Positions 1-11,639 of a stretch of DNA of 60,833 nt are shown in pieces. Numbering within the stretch: position 1 is the stretch's first letter; every line of letters begins with the position of its first letter. The stretch covers positions 1 to 60,833 of the forward strand of contig NW_021834897.1 of the NCBI RefSeq assembly GCF_006345805.1, written 5' to 3'. The notes beneath the pieces are model-generated. The model was given only the letters and a program-made list of their open reading frames with translations, made no database searches and was not told the origin of the DNA. A program made the position numbers and the translations under genes. Source of the DNA: Octopus sinensis. Taxonomy: Eukaryota.

Positions 1-35
1 ATTATAAAGGTCATGGCTTGTTTTCGGTTCTTTAT

Positions 36-378
36 AAATCTGAGTTCAAATTTCGGCAAGGTTAGCGTTATCTTTCATACCTTCGGGGTCGAGAAAATAA
101 AATACCCGTCGAGGTGCACTTTGCCTTTCATCCTTTCGGGATCGATAAAATAAGTCAGTCACTGGGGTTCGATGTAATCGACTTAATCCTCCACCCCCGC
201 TCCAATTCTTCTTTAAAAAATGTGTCCAGGCCTTGTGTCACGTCCTTACGTTCTGATTTCAAATTCCGCCAAGGTCGACTTTGTTTTTTATCCTTTAGGG
301 TTGCATGGAACTCAATTGAGTCCTGGAATCGATGTAATCGATCAGCCCCTTCACTCAATATCTATAGAAGAAAGTATT
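36..378 (+). mobile_element. Degenerate fragments of SINE family A (tRNA-derived)
   Basis: Contains the B-box-like TTCTGAGTTCAAATTCCGCC and GTCGACTTTGCCTTTCATCCTTTCGGG motifs shared with about 20 other copies in the window. Confidence 0.8.
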
Positions 379-628
379 ATCATTAGCTAATTGATAGATC
401 ATTTAATTACCTAACCAATTGTTTGATTAGTCGTATAGTCAATCAGTCAATCAATCAGGTAAGTTTGTCAAAGTCCATAAACCAATCAATCGATTAGTTA
501 ATTAGTTAAAATAGTTAAGCAATTAACTGATAAAAATAACCAAAGAAGTGAAAAACAACCAGTGTGTGTGTTTATTATTGACACAATGACTCTCCCACGA
601 TGACTGATTTAAATAATCAAGAAAACAT

Positions 629-906
629 GAGGGTGCTTGGTTTAGTGGCTAAGGTATTCTTCACAAACTCGATTCGCGGTAGCACGTTGAGTCCTTGAGC
701 AAGACACTTTATTTCGTGTTGCTCCAGTGCACTCAGATGGGAAAAATGAGAAGTGCCTGTATTTCAAAGGGCCAGCCATATCACATTCTGTGTCACGCTG
801 ATAACAATGTTAAGGGTATTCGTGTCTGTGAAGTATTCAACCACTTGCACGTTAATTTCGCGAGCAAGGCATTCCGTTGATCGTCGTCGTAACCCGACGG
901 AGGGCC
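629..906 (+). mobile_element. tRNA-derived SINE with CORE-like centre (CCTTGAGCAAGACACTT) and the family-B 3' domain
   Basis: A-box-like head; 3' end TTAATTTC.CGAGCAAGGC.TTCCGTTG...CGTCGTAACC.GACGGAG shared with 5127-5514 and 15332-15644. Confidence 0.75.
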
Positions 907-998
907 ATCAATACCAAAAGTGTTGACATTTTACCAAGAGGGGGAAAAAAAAAAGAATCAAATGGATATTCTCGTAAACTAGACAGGTCTTTGAAAAT

Positions 999-1577
999 AT
1001 TCTTTTCCACTCTAGGCACAAGGTCCGCAATTTTGGGAGTGGAGGCCAGTCGATTAGATCGACTGGTCCCCTTAATTTATCGATCACGAAAGGATGAAGG
1101 GCAAAGCTGACCTCGGCGGAATTTGAACTCAGAACATGAAGACAGAAGAAATACCTATTTCTTTACTACACACAAGGGGCTAAATACAGAGAGGACAAAC
1201 AAGGACAGACAAACGGATTAAGTCGATTATATCGACTCGACCCCAGTGCGTAACTGGTACTTAATTTATCGACCCCGAAAGGATGAAAGGCAAAGCCGAC
1301 CTCGGCGGAATTTGAACTCAGAACATTAAGACAGAAGAAATATCTATTTCTTTACTACCCACAAGGGGCTAAATACAGAGAGGACAAACAAGGACAGACA
1401 AACGGATTAAGTCGATTATATCGACCCCAGTGCGTAACTGGTACTTAATTTATCGACCCCGAAAGGATGAAAGGCAAAGTCGACCTCGGCGGAATTTGAA
1501 CTCAGAACGAAGCGGCAGCCGAAATACCGCTAAGCATCTCGCCCGGCGTGCTAACGTTTCTGCCAGCTCGCCGCTTT
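999..1577 (-). mobile_element. SINE family A concatemer: head, two body+tailA units, then body+tailB
   Basis: Head GCGGCGAGCTGGCAG at 1577; ~185-bp units with AAATAG(G/A)TATTTC junctions; the leftmost unit ends in tail B (CCTTGTGCCTAGAGTGGAAAAG). Confidence 0.9.
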
Positions 1578-1864
1578 AACTAAAGAGATTGGTTCTCCTC
1601 AATATGGCAACGAATTTAACATCAACAACGACAATAAAAAAATATGGAGGAATAATAAAACTTTGAATACATTCGTGTTCTTTTATTCTCTTATTCTTTT
1701 ATTCTTTTAAATTTTTTTTGTGACAATCATTGCAGTGTGGCCATCCTGGGGCTGCGTTCCAGTGATTTAAAAAGCGTTTAGGCAAACAAATCATCCCCAG
1801 TGTCTCATTAACTTTAAAACCGGTGCTTATTTTATCGGGGTACTTTTGCCGAACTGCCGTGTCA

Positions 1865-2019
1865 GAGGCGTGGCTGTGTGGTAAGGAGCTTGCTTCCCAA
1901 CTACATTATCCCGGGTTCAGTTCCATGGCATCTCGGCCAAGTGTCTTTTACTATAGCCTCGGACCAAAACAAAGCCTGGTGAGTGGATTTGGTAGACAGA
2001 ACCTGAAAGAAGCTCGCGT

Positions 2020-2065
<46 letters not shown>

Positions 2066-2071
2066 GATATA

Positions 2072-2124
<53 letters not shown>

Positions 2125-2397
2125 ATGTAATATATGTATATATGTATATGTATGGTGCGCGCGTGTGTCTTCATGTTTGTGATTGTCCCAGCACCACCAC
2201 TGCTTGACAACCGGTGTTGGTGTGTTTCTATCCCCGTAACCTAGCGGTTTGGCAAAAGACACCACTTCTTAAAACAAAAACAAAATAGGTACTGGCCGGG
2301 TGGAGTCGATTCATAAGACTAAAAATTCTTGAAGGTGTTGCCCCAGCATGGCCGCAGTCTTGTGACTGAAATAAGTAAATGGTAAAAGGTAAAAGAT
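1865..2397 (+). mobile_element. SINE family C (GGAGTGGCTGTGTGGTAAG head, internal (TA)n/(TG)n)
   Basis: tRNA-like head, central microsatellite, 3' CAGCATGGCCGCAGTC..GACTGAAA.AAGTAAAAG tail common to many copies. Confidence 0.85.
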
Positions 2398-2701
2398 AAA
2401 CCCAACGCTGGTTGTGAAGTTGTGGGACGGATGGAGGACAAACGGTGACAACGAAACCGGAAGTGCAGCGGCGGATTCTTTTTTACTCCAACAGATTAAA
2501 GTCCCTTCATATTGGCAATTCATTATTTGTTTATATGCCTTCTCAACAACTATAAAACATTACAACGGAGATCGTGATGAAATACAGTGTGTGTGTGTAT
2601 ATATATATATAACGGGAAGCTTTATGAAAATAAACAAAAGACGAAGGCAGGTGGAATACAAACAAACAATTGTATTAGTATGGCTCCAGGATATAAAACA
2701 G

Positions 2702-2739
2702 TCTTTTACGTTTCGAGCCTACGCTCTTCAACAGAAAGA
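2702..2739 (-). ncRNA. Minimal type-I hammerhead-like motif with non-canonical CUGUUGA core
   Basis: Minus strand: UCUUU CUGUUGA A GAGC-GUAG-GCUC GAAAC GUA^AAAGA; 5-bp stem I, 4-bp stem II, palindromic ACGU stem III. Confidence 0.55.
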
Positions 2740-2935
2740 TACAGAGAAAAGAAACACAGAAAGAAACAAGGAGAGAAAAAAAATGCGTGCAGAGGCTAGC
2801 GAATCAACATGGTGATACATATATAGTAAATCCCCCCCCCCCAAAAAAAAACGAAGAACAAACACAAAAAACAACAACGTGTGGACGTGGTACATGTAAA
2901 GTATTAGCAGACGTTTAGAGAAGGAAAGAAAGCTG

Positions 2936-2971
2936 GTTTTACGTTTCGAGCAGACGCTCTTCTTCAGAAAC
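2936..2971 (-). ncRNA. Minimal type-I hammerhead ribozyme motif (Penelope-type)
   Basis: Minus strand: GUUU CUGAAGA A GAGC-GUCU-GCUC GAAAC GUA^AAAC. Confidence 0.65.
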
Positions 2972-3089
2972 TCCCGGCTTTCCGACTGACTTTGGAGTAC
3001 CTAATTCGCGGAATTCTTTCTACCATCGGATTACATTACCTTGTTCATTAGGAATACGCCATTTCTGCACCTTAATCGTGAATCATTAT

Positions 3090-3120
<31 letters not shown>

Positions 3121-3660
3121 GTGTGTGTGTATGTGTGTGTGTGTATGTATATAAACAGAGAGAGAGAGAGAGTGAGCGATTCACGCATATATAAACATAT
3201 TTCTAACTATTTTATCTATCAATATGTGTGAGTGTATATATAATTACAAACAAGACCAACGGAATAAGCAAGTCCCTTTGCTACGTTAGTTTACAACTGT
3301 TTCATTGAAATTCCATTTGATGAGTATTGTTATATTACGCAATGATAATTCAATAATCTATTCATGGGGACTCGAACTTAACTCATCAAAATTATGTAGA
3401 TACTTGCAGATACTTTGAACTTATCAAGAATTTCTATCCATGGTAAGTTGAACGTTAGAACAATATTCATGAGATCGAAACCCAATGAAAAAATTGTAAA
3501 TTAATGTAATAAAAGGACTTACTTAATTTTCCTTGTTTGTAATTGTAAAAACTCATCAGTTATTTGGATTTTCAAGCATACTTTTCGGATTGCGGTCTGT
3601 CTGTAGCCTGTGCTTGAAGCTGAGCTTAATACGGTAAATTCCGGATTAACATCCAAATTC

Positions 3661-3722
3661 TATAATAATAATAATAACAATAATAATAATAATATATATA
3701 TGTGTGTGTGTGTGTATGTATA

Positions 3723-3771
<49 letters not shown>

Positions 3772-3935
3772 TAAGGTATATAATCGATGTTTTCTAAGAA
3801 AGATCAATCTCTATCTCTCTCTACTCTCTCATCTCTCTATCTCTCTATCTCTCTATCTCTCTCTATCTCTCTATCTCTCTATCTCTCTATCTCTTTCTAT
3901 CTCTCTATCTCTCTCCATCTCTCTTTTACTCCCTC
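3661..3935. repeat. Compound microsatellite (AAT)n/(TA)n/(TCTCTA)n
   Basis: Direct reading. Confidence 0.95.
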
Positions 3936-4106
3936 TTTCTTCATCTCTTTATTCCTTTACTCCTGTCCTCTATGTCGTCATTTCATTAGTCCATACCCTT
4001 CTCATTGTTCTTATTTGTCTCCGAGGACGGAATATCACATAATCTAGGATATCACAGAAACAGCTGTAAGCCTTCGAATTTTTTTCCCAATAATAATAAT
4101 AATGTA

Positions 4107-4290
4107 TAAAAGGCGGCGAGCTGTCTGCCGTTACGTTCTGAGTTCAAATTCCGCCGAGGTCGACTTTGCCTTTCATCCTTTCGGATTCGATAAATGAAGT
4201 ACCAGTTGCGTACTGGGGTCGATCCAATCGACTGACCCCTCCCCCCAAATTTCGGGACTTGGGCCTAGAGTAGAAAAGAATAATAATAAT
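4107..4290 (+). mobile_element. SINE family A copy with tail B, flanked by (AAT)n
   Basis: GGCGGCGAGCTG head with internal deletion; tail GGCCTAGAGTAGAAAAGAATAATAAT. Confidence 0.85.
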
Positions 4291-4419
4291 AATGTATATG
4301 ACTCGAGATGTTTGCCTTGCCTTAACGTTTGTTGTACTCCTAATAATTCTATATATGTTATATATAATATATCTATATATATATATATTATATATATATA
4401 TAAAGTAGAGTAGATTGAA

Positions 4420-4700
4420 ACCATGGCGACTGAAGAAGGGGTTTTTTCTTGTGTTATTTGTCCTGTACTCTTTTTTTGTTGTTTAAGAAAAATGTCCAGT
4501 TCCTTGGGTTTGTGTCTATGTTTTCGTTTCTCATTGTGTTCGACGTTTTTTTTTGTGTCCTGTACTCATATATGCGTGTATATATACATGTAGAGGTAGG
4601 TACGTACATATATGTACATATATATGCATATGTTTTATTTATTAATATATTATATATATATACACATATGTACATGCATATATATTTTTTTTAATGCATA
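4420..4700 (+). repeat. Unclassified interspersed repeat, second copy at 15945-16200
   Basis: GGCGACTGAAGAAGGG...TTTCTCATTGTGTTCGACGTTTTT...GTAGGTACGTA present at both loci. Confidence 0.7.
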
Positions 4701-5126
4701 CATACTTACATGTAAACATACATACATACGCACACATTATCATACATACTTATGTATCTGTGTATGTATACGGATTTACGTGTGTGCGCTTGCGTGTGTG
4801 TGAGTGAAGATAGTGAGAGAGCGGGGAAGAAATACACACATACACACACACACTCGTACACACACACACACACACACGCACACACACATATATGTATATA
4901 TATGTATGTGTGTATGTATGTATATCATGTACACATGCATACTCAGAACGTAGTCAATAACATCAGCAACAACAACAACAACAACAACCTTTAGCATTCT
5001 TCCGTCGCTAAGATTAATCAAACATAATTTGAGGAAATACCACCAGAACGAGCAGTAGTCGAGGGTTTTGCTCACGGTGTAGGACACAACAATACTTGTT
5101 TGTTATTTATTCTATATCTAGTGTAG

Positions 5127-5514
5127 TGGAGGCGCAATGGCCCAGTGGTTAGAGCAGCGGACTCGCGGTCGTAGGATCGCGGTTTCGATTCCCAGACCGG
5201 GAGCTGTGAGTGTTTATTGAGCGAAAACACCTAAAAGCTCAACGAGGCTCCGGCAGGGGATGGTGGTGATCCCTGCTGTACTCTTTCGCCATAACTTTCT
5301 CTCACTCTTACTTCCTGTTTCTGTTGTACCTGTATTTCAAAGGGTCGGCCTTGTCACTCTCTGTGTCACGCTGAATCTCCCCCGAGAACTACGTTAAGGG
5401 TACACGTGTCTGTGGAGTGCTCAGCCACTTACACGTTAATTTCACGAGCAGGCTGTTCCGTTGATTCGGATCAACCGGAACCCTCGTCGTCGTCGTAACC
5501 GACGGAGTGCTTCC
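5127..5514 (+). mobile_element. Full-length SINE family B (tRNA-like head GGAGGCGCAATGGCCCAGTGG) with 11-bp TSD
   Basis: A box TGGCCCAGTGG, B box GTTTCGATTCC; TSD ATATCTAGTGT at 5114-5124 and 5515-5525. Confidence 0.92.
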
Positions 5515-5867
5515 ATATCTAGTGTGTCTGTGTGTGTGTGGCTTGGTCAGAAGAGAGAGGGGGGAGAGGTTAAGAGAAAGTTTTCTGAGATTGGTTCTGG
5601 GGAAGGTGGGGAATTAGGGGAAGGAAACTATAACTGATTCAAGGGTCGGAACTTTTCTTAGCCAATTACCCCCCCAAAAGTATTTATTTACGTCGACGTT
5701 GGTCTCCTTGATTTGAAAGGAAGGAAATCATAGATTCTTTGAATTCAAAAGTTTTATTGAATCTGTTTTGATGTATTTATTTATGCGAATCTATTTACAC
5801 AGCCATTACATTGGACAGATCCAGTGCTGCCAGAAGAAAAAATTTTATGTAATTTTACTTACGTCTA

Positions 5868-7565
5868 AGGCGGCGAGCTGGCAGAAACGTTAGCACGCCG
5901 GGCGAAATGCGTAGCCGTATTTCGTCTGCCGTTACGTTCTGAGTTCAAATTCCGCCGAGGTCGACTTTACCTTTCATCCTTCCGTGGTCGATAAATTAAG
6001 TACCAGTTACGCACTGGGGTCGATATAATCGACTTAATCCGTTTGACTGTCTTTGTTTGTCCTCTGTGTTTATCCCCTTGTGGGTAGTAAAGAAATAGGT
6101 ATTTCATCTGCCGCTACGTTCTGAGTTCAAATTCCGCCGAGGTAGACTTGGCCTTTCATCCTTTCGGGGGCGATAAATTAAGTACCAGTTACGCACTGGG
6201 GCCGATACAATCGACTTAATCCCTTTGTCTGTCCTTGTTTGTCCTCTCTGTGTTTAGCCCCCTGTGGGTAGTAAAGAAATAGGTATTTCGTCTGCCACTA
6301 CGTTCTGAGTTCAAATTCCGCCGGGGTAGACTTTGCCTTTCATCCTTTCGGAGTCGATTAAATAAGTACCAGTTACGCACTGGGGCGATACAATCGACTT
6401 AATCCGTTTGTCTGTCCTTGTTTGTCCCCTCTGTGTTTAGCCCCTTGTGGGTAGTAAAGAAATAGGTATTTCGTCTGCCGTTACGTTCTGAGTTCAAATT
6501 CCGCCGGGGTAGACTTTGCCTTTCATCCTTTCGGAGTCGATTAAATAAGTACCAGTTACGCACTGGGGCCGATACAATCGACTTAATCCGTTTGTCTGTC
6601 CTTGTTTGTCCCCTCTGTGTTTAGCCCCTTGTGGGTATAAAGAAATAGGTTATTTCGTCTTCCGTTACGGTTCTGAAGTTCAAATTCCGCCGGGGGGCTT
6701 CGACTTTGTGCCTTTCCTCAGCCTTTCGGAGTCGATTAAATAATGTACCCAATTTTACGCACTGGGGCCGATACAATCGACTTAATCCGTTTGTCTGTCC
6801 TTGTTTGTCCCTCTGTGTTTAGCCCCTTGTGGGTAGTAAAGAAATAGGTATTCGTCTGCCGTTACGTTCTGAGTTCAAATTCCGCGGGGTTACTTTGCTT
6901 TCATCCTTCGGGTTCGATTAAATAAGTACCGTTACGCACTGGGGCCGATACAATCGACTTAATCCGTTTGTCTCTGCCGTGTTTTGTCCCCTCTGTGTTT
7001 AGCCCCTTGTGGGTAGTAAGAAATAGGTTATTTCGTCTGCCGTTACGTTCTGAGTTCAAATTCCGCCGGGGGGAGACTTTGCCTTTCATCCTTTCGGGTT
7101 CGATTAAATAAGTACCAGTTACGCACTGGGGCCGATACAATCGACTTAATCCGTTTGTCTGTCCTTGTTTGTCCCCTCTGTGTTTAGCCCCTTGTGGGTA
7201 GTAAAGAAATAGGTATTTCGTCTGCCGTTACGTTCTGAGTTCAAATTCCGCCGGGGTAGACTTTGCCTTTCATCCTTTCGGGTTCGATTAAATAAGTACC
7301 AGTTACGCACTGGGGCCGATACAATCGACTTAATCCGTTTGTCTGTCCTTGTTTGTCCTCTCTGTGTTTAGCCCCCTGTGGGTAGTAAAGAAATAGGTAT
7401 TTCGTCTGCCGTTACGTTCTGAGTTCAAATTCCGCCGGGGTAGACTCTGCCTTTCATCCTTTCGGGTTCGATTAAATAAGTACCAGTTATGCACTGGGGT
7501 CGCTAAAAATCGACTCATCTCTCTCCCCCAAATCTCAGGCCTTGTGCTTATAGTAGAAAGGATAT
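5868..7565 (+). repeat. Tandem array of SINE family A, 9 units of ~183 bp
   Basis: GTTCTGAGTTCAAATTCC recurs at about 5936, 6118, 6302, 6485, 6670, 6866, 7047, 7232 and 7416; single head at the start, tail B at the end. Confidence 0.95.
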
Positions 7566-7659
7566 TATCAAATCACATAATTTTTGGTTGACACCTTTCT
7601 CTTTCGCCACTGATTTTACCCTTAATTTACTCTCTACGAAAGATTCATTTTTTTTTTTT

Positions 7660-7900
7660 TTTTGCTGATGGACCCCTTTGTTTCCTATTCCACTCAGGTG
7701 GACCTTCACAGCCATTCGATATTTTAAAAATCCCGTTGTATTTTTTATAATTACAAATCATTAAGTATTGTTTTTTTAAAAATGGTTCTCAACCGTGGTC
7801 CGTTTTATCCTTGGCAGGGTTCCCACGTAAGATTTTGTTGTTACAATTTATTACACATAAGTTTTAACAAAATCTTGTATGGACCCCGGTTCTAATTATT
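7660..7900. mobile_element. Degenerate hAT-like MITE remnants
   Basis: GGTTCTCAACC and GGACCCC motifs similar to 26205-26545 and 40072-40706. Confidence 0.4.
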
Positions 7901-8882
7901 AAGTGTCAAAAATATTCTCTCTGTCACTCTCCCCCTCTCTCTCGTTTTCTCCCTCTCCGTTCTCTCTCTCTTTCTTACTTTTCTTTCTCTCTCCCTTTCT
8001 CTCTCTCCCTTTTCTTTTTCTTTCTTTCTCTCTTCCTGATTATGTCTTCTAAACTTTTACAAGATTTTGCCATGTTTAGTTCTTAATCATTGGTTCCGTG
8101 TTGTGTCCATGATTTTCTTAAAGAGTGTTCTTCCATACGTACATACATCTCAAATGATTATAATTCATTTGATAATAATTATGTTTATGTACATGTTGTA
8201 CTTCCATAAAATAGATTAGATCACACAACACTATTCTTAAAAAGTAAAATAGTTGGGTAACGAAACGTGTTCACACCTGGAAACTATTTGATCCTAGGCT
8301 CTCAACTACCACTCCCTGACAAAGAGCATCTGTCCGAAACGTTAGACTTTTCTTTCTCACAGAAATATTAATTATTCCACTTTCTAACAGTTTATAGTTA
8401 CCAACAGCTGACATAGACTATGACTGGTATCTGGAGATCTTTTACTGTTTACTATGGTGGAAGATAAACTGCTTAAAGTAAATCGAGACTCAATGAATGC
8501 CAATATAAACCAAAATACTCTGCGGTATTTCTTCCAGAACTTTATATCTTGAGTTCAAATTCCGCCGAAGTTAGCTCTGCCTTTCATCCTTTCCAGTGAA
8601 GTATTGGAATCGATGATATTGACTAAACCCCTCCCCTCAATATTACAGACTTTGTGCTATAATCAGAAGCCATTGCTGTTGTGAGATGCCCTGTATTGTT
8701 TGGGGGAAATTCAGTTTTACTCCTGACTTAGTTATTCTATTGTGAAATATTTTGTTTCACAATGTGATGCCTGGTCACATTGAGAAATAATTAGCGACAA
8801 CAATAAAGGCGAAATTGTGTTTAGAATCGGGTTTTGTTTTAGAACTGAATAAAAAAAAAAATTAAAACCTTACAACAACATG

Positions 8883-8982
8883 ACGTCTATTGTAGTATCT
8901 GACGAAACCAGGGGAGTAGTAGGAGATGGTTGGCCACTAGGGGCGGTGCACGAGTCCGTGCTACCGTCGTTGGTATTAAGAC

Positions 8983-9025
<43 letters not shown>

Positions 9026-9260
9026 GAGCAAAAGCAATGGTGGTATCAATGTCTGCAACTGTCCTGTCTCCTGCCACCACCACCACTACCACTGCCGCCG
9101 CCTCCGCCGCCGGGGCCGCTGCCGCCACTTTCATCACCGCCTCCACTACCACTACCGCCACCATCACCGCCAACGCTGTCATTGTCGGCACCATCACTAT
9201 CGACGCCGCCGCCGCCGCCGCCGCCGCTGCCATCGACGCTGCCGCCTCCGCCATCAGTCA
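8883..9260. repeat. (CAT)n and (CAC/CCG)n low-complexity tract
   Basis: Direct reading; source of the poly-H/P/R ORFs in the track. Confidence 0.9.
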
Positions 9261-9394
9261 ACCCTCACAAACACCTACCTTCCTTCCGCCATTTATTATC
9301 GTCTGATTGTCGTTTCTTACATAAATGTTTTTTGTTTTCCTTTTTTTTTCTTGACCAAATTGGGAAAATCTTCATCGTTTCTTGTAGATGGATC

Positions 9395-9720
9395 AGGTTC
9401 CACTTGTAAGAAGTCTTTCCAAGCTGGCCACCCCTTCTACACGGACTGGCTCGGTATGCAGAAACCGACGTTACACAGACACCCAATGAAATGGAAAATG
9501 CGGCAATGATCAAGATGGTGGCAACTGCCATTTGTCAGGCCTGTCTTCCCACAGCTCGTCCCTTTGACAGAGCTTCAGGCCTGGATGAAGCCGAGACCAT
9601 GGTTAAGCTCTTCACCTCTGGAATATCAAGGGCTCGAAGTCCTCAATCAGTCGGGCAATGAAGTCAGTGATACAACGACGACCATTAAATGAGATTATTC
9701 TGAAGAACTTCTCACCCTGT
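9395..9720 (+). mobile_element. Possible decayed L1/Tx1-like ORF2 fragment
   Basis: Frame SRWWQLPFVRPVFPQLVPLTELQAWMKPRP resembles, from memory, the region downstream of RT in Tx1-like LINEs; stops present. Confidence 0.35.
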
Positions 9721-9876
9721 TTTGTAGAGATGGTGGAACTTACGTAGCGAATGACATGTTAAGTTTTTGACACGTTAAGGCCCCTATTAATTCCAGTTTT
9801 TGAGAAGTTGAGCAGCGTACATGGTGTTTCGCATTGCTTTGCGTTAAAACATTGAATATACAGCGATGGGATGGAC

Positions 9877-10638
9877 GGAAGCACTCCGTCGGTTACGACG
9901 ACGAGGGTTCCAGTTGATCCGAATCAACGGAACAGCCTGCTCGTGAAATTAACGTGTAAGTGGCTGAGCACTCCACAGACACGTGCACCCTTAACGTAGT
10001 TCTCGGGGATATTCAGCGTGACACAGAGAGCGACAAGGCCGGCCCTTTGAAATACAGGTGCAACAGAAACAGGAAGTAAGAGTGAGAGAAAGTTGTGGTG
10101 AAAGAGTACAGCAGAGATCACCACCATCCCCTGCCGGAGCCTCGTTGAGCTTTTAGGCGTTTTCGCTCAATAAACACTCACAACGCCCGGTCTGGGAATC
10201 GAAACCGCGATCCTACGACCGCGAGTCCGCTGCCCTAACCAGTGGGCCATTGCACCTCCACTACACTAGATATAGAATAAATAACAAACAAGTATTGTTG
10301 TGTCCTACACCGTGAGCAAAACCCTCGACTACTGCTCGTTCTGGTGGTATTTCCTCAAATAAACACTCACAACGCCCGGTCTGGGAATCGAAACCGCGAT
10401 CCTATGACCGCGAGTCCGCTGCCCTAACCAGTGGGCCATTGCACCTCCACTACACTAGATATAGAATAAATAACAAACAAGTATTGTTGTGTCCTACACC
10501 GTGAGCAAAACCCTCGACTACTGCTCGTTCTGGTGGTATTTCCTCAAATAAACACTCACAACGCCCGGTCTGGGAATCGAAACCGCGATCCTATGACCGC
10601 GAGTCCGCTGCCCTAACCACTGGGCCATTGCGCCTCCA
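9877..10638 (-). mobile_element. SINE family B with triplicated head and two inserted copies of a foreign 100-bp flank
   Basis: TSD ATACAGCGAT at 9858-9867 and 10641-10650; 189-bp internal period. Confidence 0.92.
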
Positions 10639-10925
10639 CCATACAGCGATACAGAAACAGAGACACAGTGACTATTTGTGACTGTGTGATTAAAACAATA
10701 GTCATTTAATAAATAATTCTCTGAAACTCTGCCAGATATTTCCTCTTCTGTTTGTTTTAATATTCATATAAGTATTCCTGTGGCTTCAGCATATGTTATT
10801 AGATATGAGCTGACGTGTCTTCCTATCAATGCACCCAATCTGGATTTATTTGCTTGCGGAAATGACTTGCCTTTGTGCTGGCATTTACTGGCTGGCCGAC
10901 ACTTTTATCTTCTCTAATATATATC

Positions 10926-11556
10926 TTTTATCTATTACTCGTTTCTGCCATTAGACTGCGGCCATGCTGGGGCACCCAGCCTTGAAGAATTTTTTAGTCG
11001 GACGAATCAACCCAAGTACTTATTACTTTTGTTTCGTTTTGTTTTGTTTTTTTGTTTGTTTGTTTGTTTTTTTTTACTTGTTTCTTATTCTGTCGGAGTC
11101 ACTTGCCGAACCGCTAGGTTACGTAGGACATAAACACACCAACACTGGTTGCCAGGCGGTTGTAGGGTGGAGAGGTGGGGGCTGGGGAAAACACAAAAAC
11201 AAGATTCACATACGTAGATATATGCATACTCTCTCTCTTTTACTCATTCTTTTTGTAAGCCCAATACTTATTCTATCGGTCTCTTTTGCCGAACCGCTAA
11301 GTAACCGGGACATAAACACACCAGCATCGGTTGTCAAGCAATGCTAGGGGGACAAACACAGACACACAAACACATATATATATATATATACATATATACG
11401 ACGGGCTTCTTTCAGTTTCTGTCTACCAAATCCACTCACAAGGCTTTGGTCGGCCCGAGGCTATAGTAGAAGACACTTGCCCAAGGTGCCACGCAGTGGG
11501 ACTGAACCCGGAACCATGTGGCTGGTAAACAAGCTACTTACCACACAGCCACTCCT
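10926..11556 (-). mobile_element. SINE family C with an extra partial 3' segment
   Basis: Head complement CCACACAGCCACTCCT ends at 11556; 3' motifs GACTGCGGCCATGCTGG and CTTTTGCCGAACCGCTAAG. Confidence 0.85.
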
Positions 11557-11639
11557 GCACATGCATGTATGTGTATGCGTATGTTTGTGTGTTAAATTGT
11601 GTGTGTGTGTATGTATGTATGGATGGATCGATCGATGGA

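Noticed and set aside
5127-5200. tRNA-like cloverleaf with A and B boxes (also 37780-37848 and others)
   Set aside because: No acceptor-stem closure; continues into a SINE body and is bounded by TSDs, so it is a SINE head rather than a tRNA gene.
5868-7565. Regularly spaced repeats superficially like a CRISPR array
   Set aside because: Whole 183-bp units repeat, there are no unique spacers or cas genes, and the context is a eukaryotic SINE.
8311-8348. Hammerhead-like CTGACAAAGAGCATCTGTCCGAAACGTT
   Set aside because: G8 is replaced by A without compensation, stem II is broken and there is no stem I pairing; at best a dead relic.
8880-9509. 209-aa, 159-aa and similar poly-amino-acid ORFs (also 19387-20217, 21126-21654, 28481-29626, 33837-35794)
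   Set aside because: Translations of microsatellites, open in several frames and both strands, with no domain signal.
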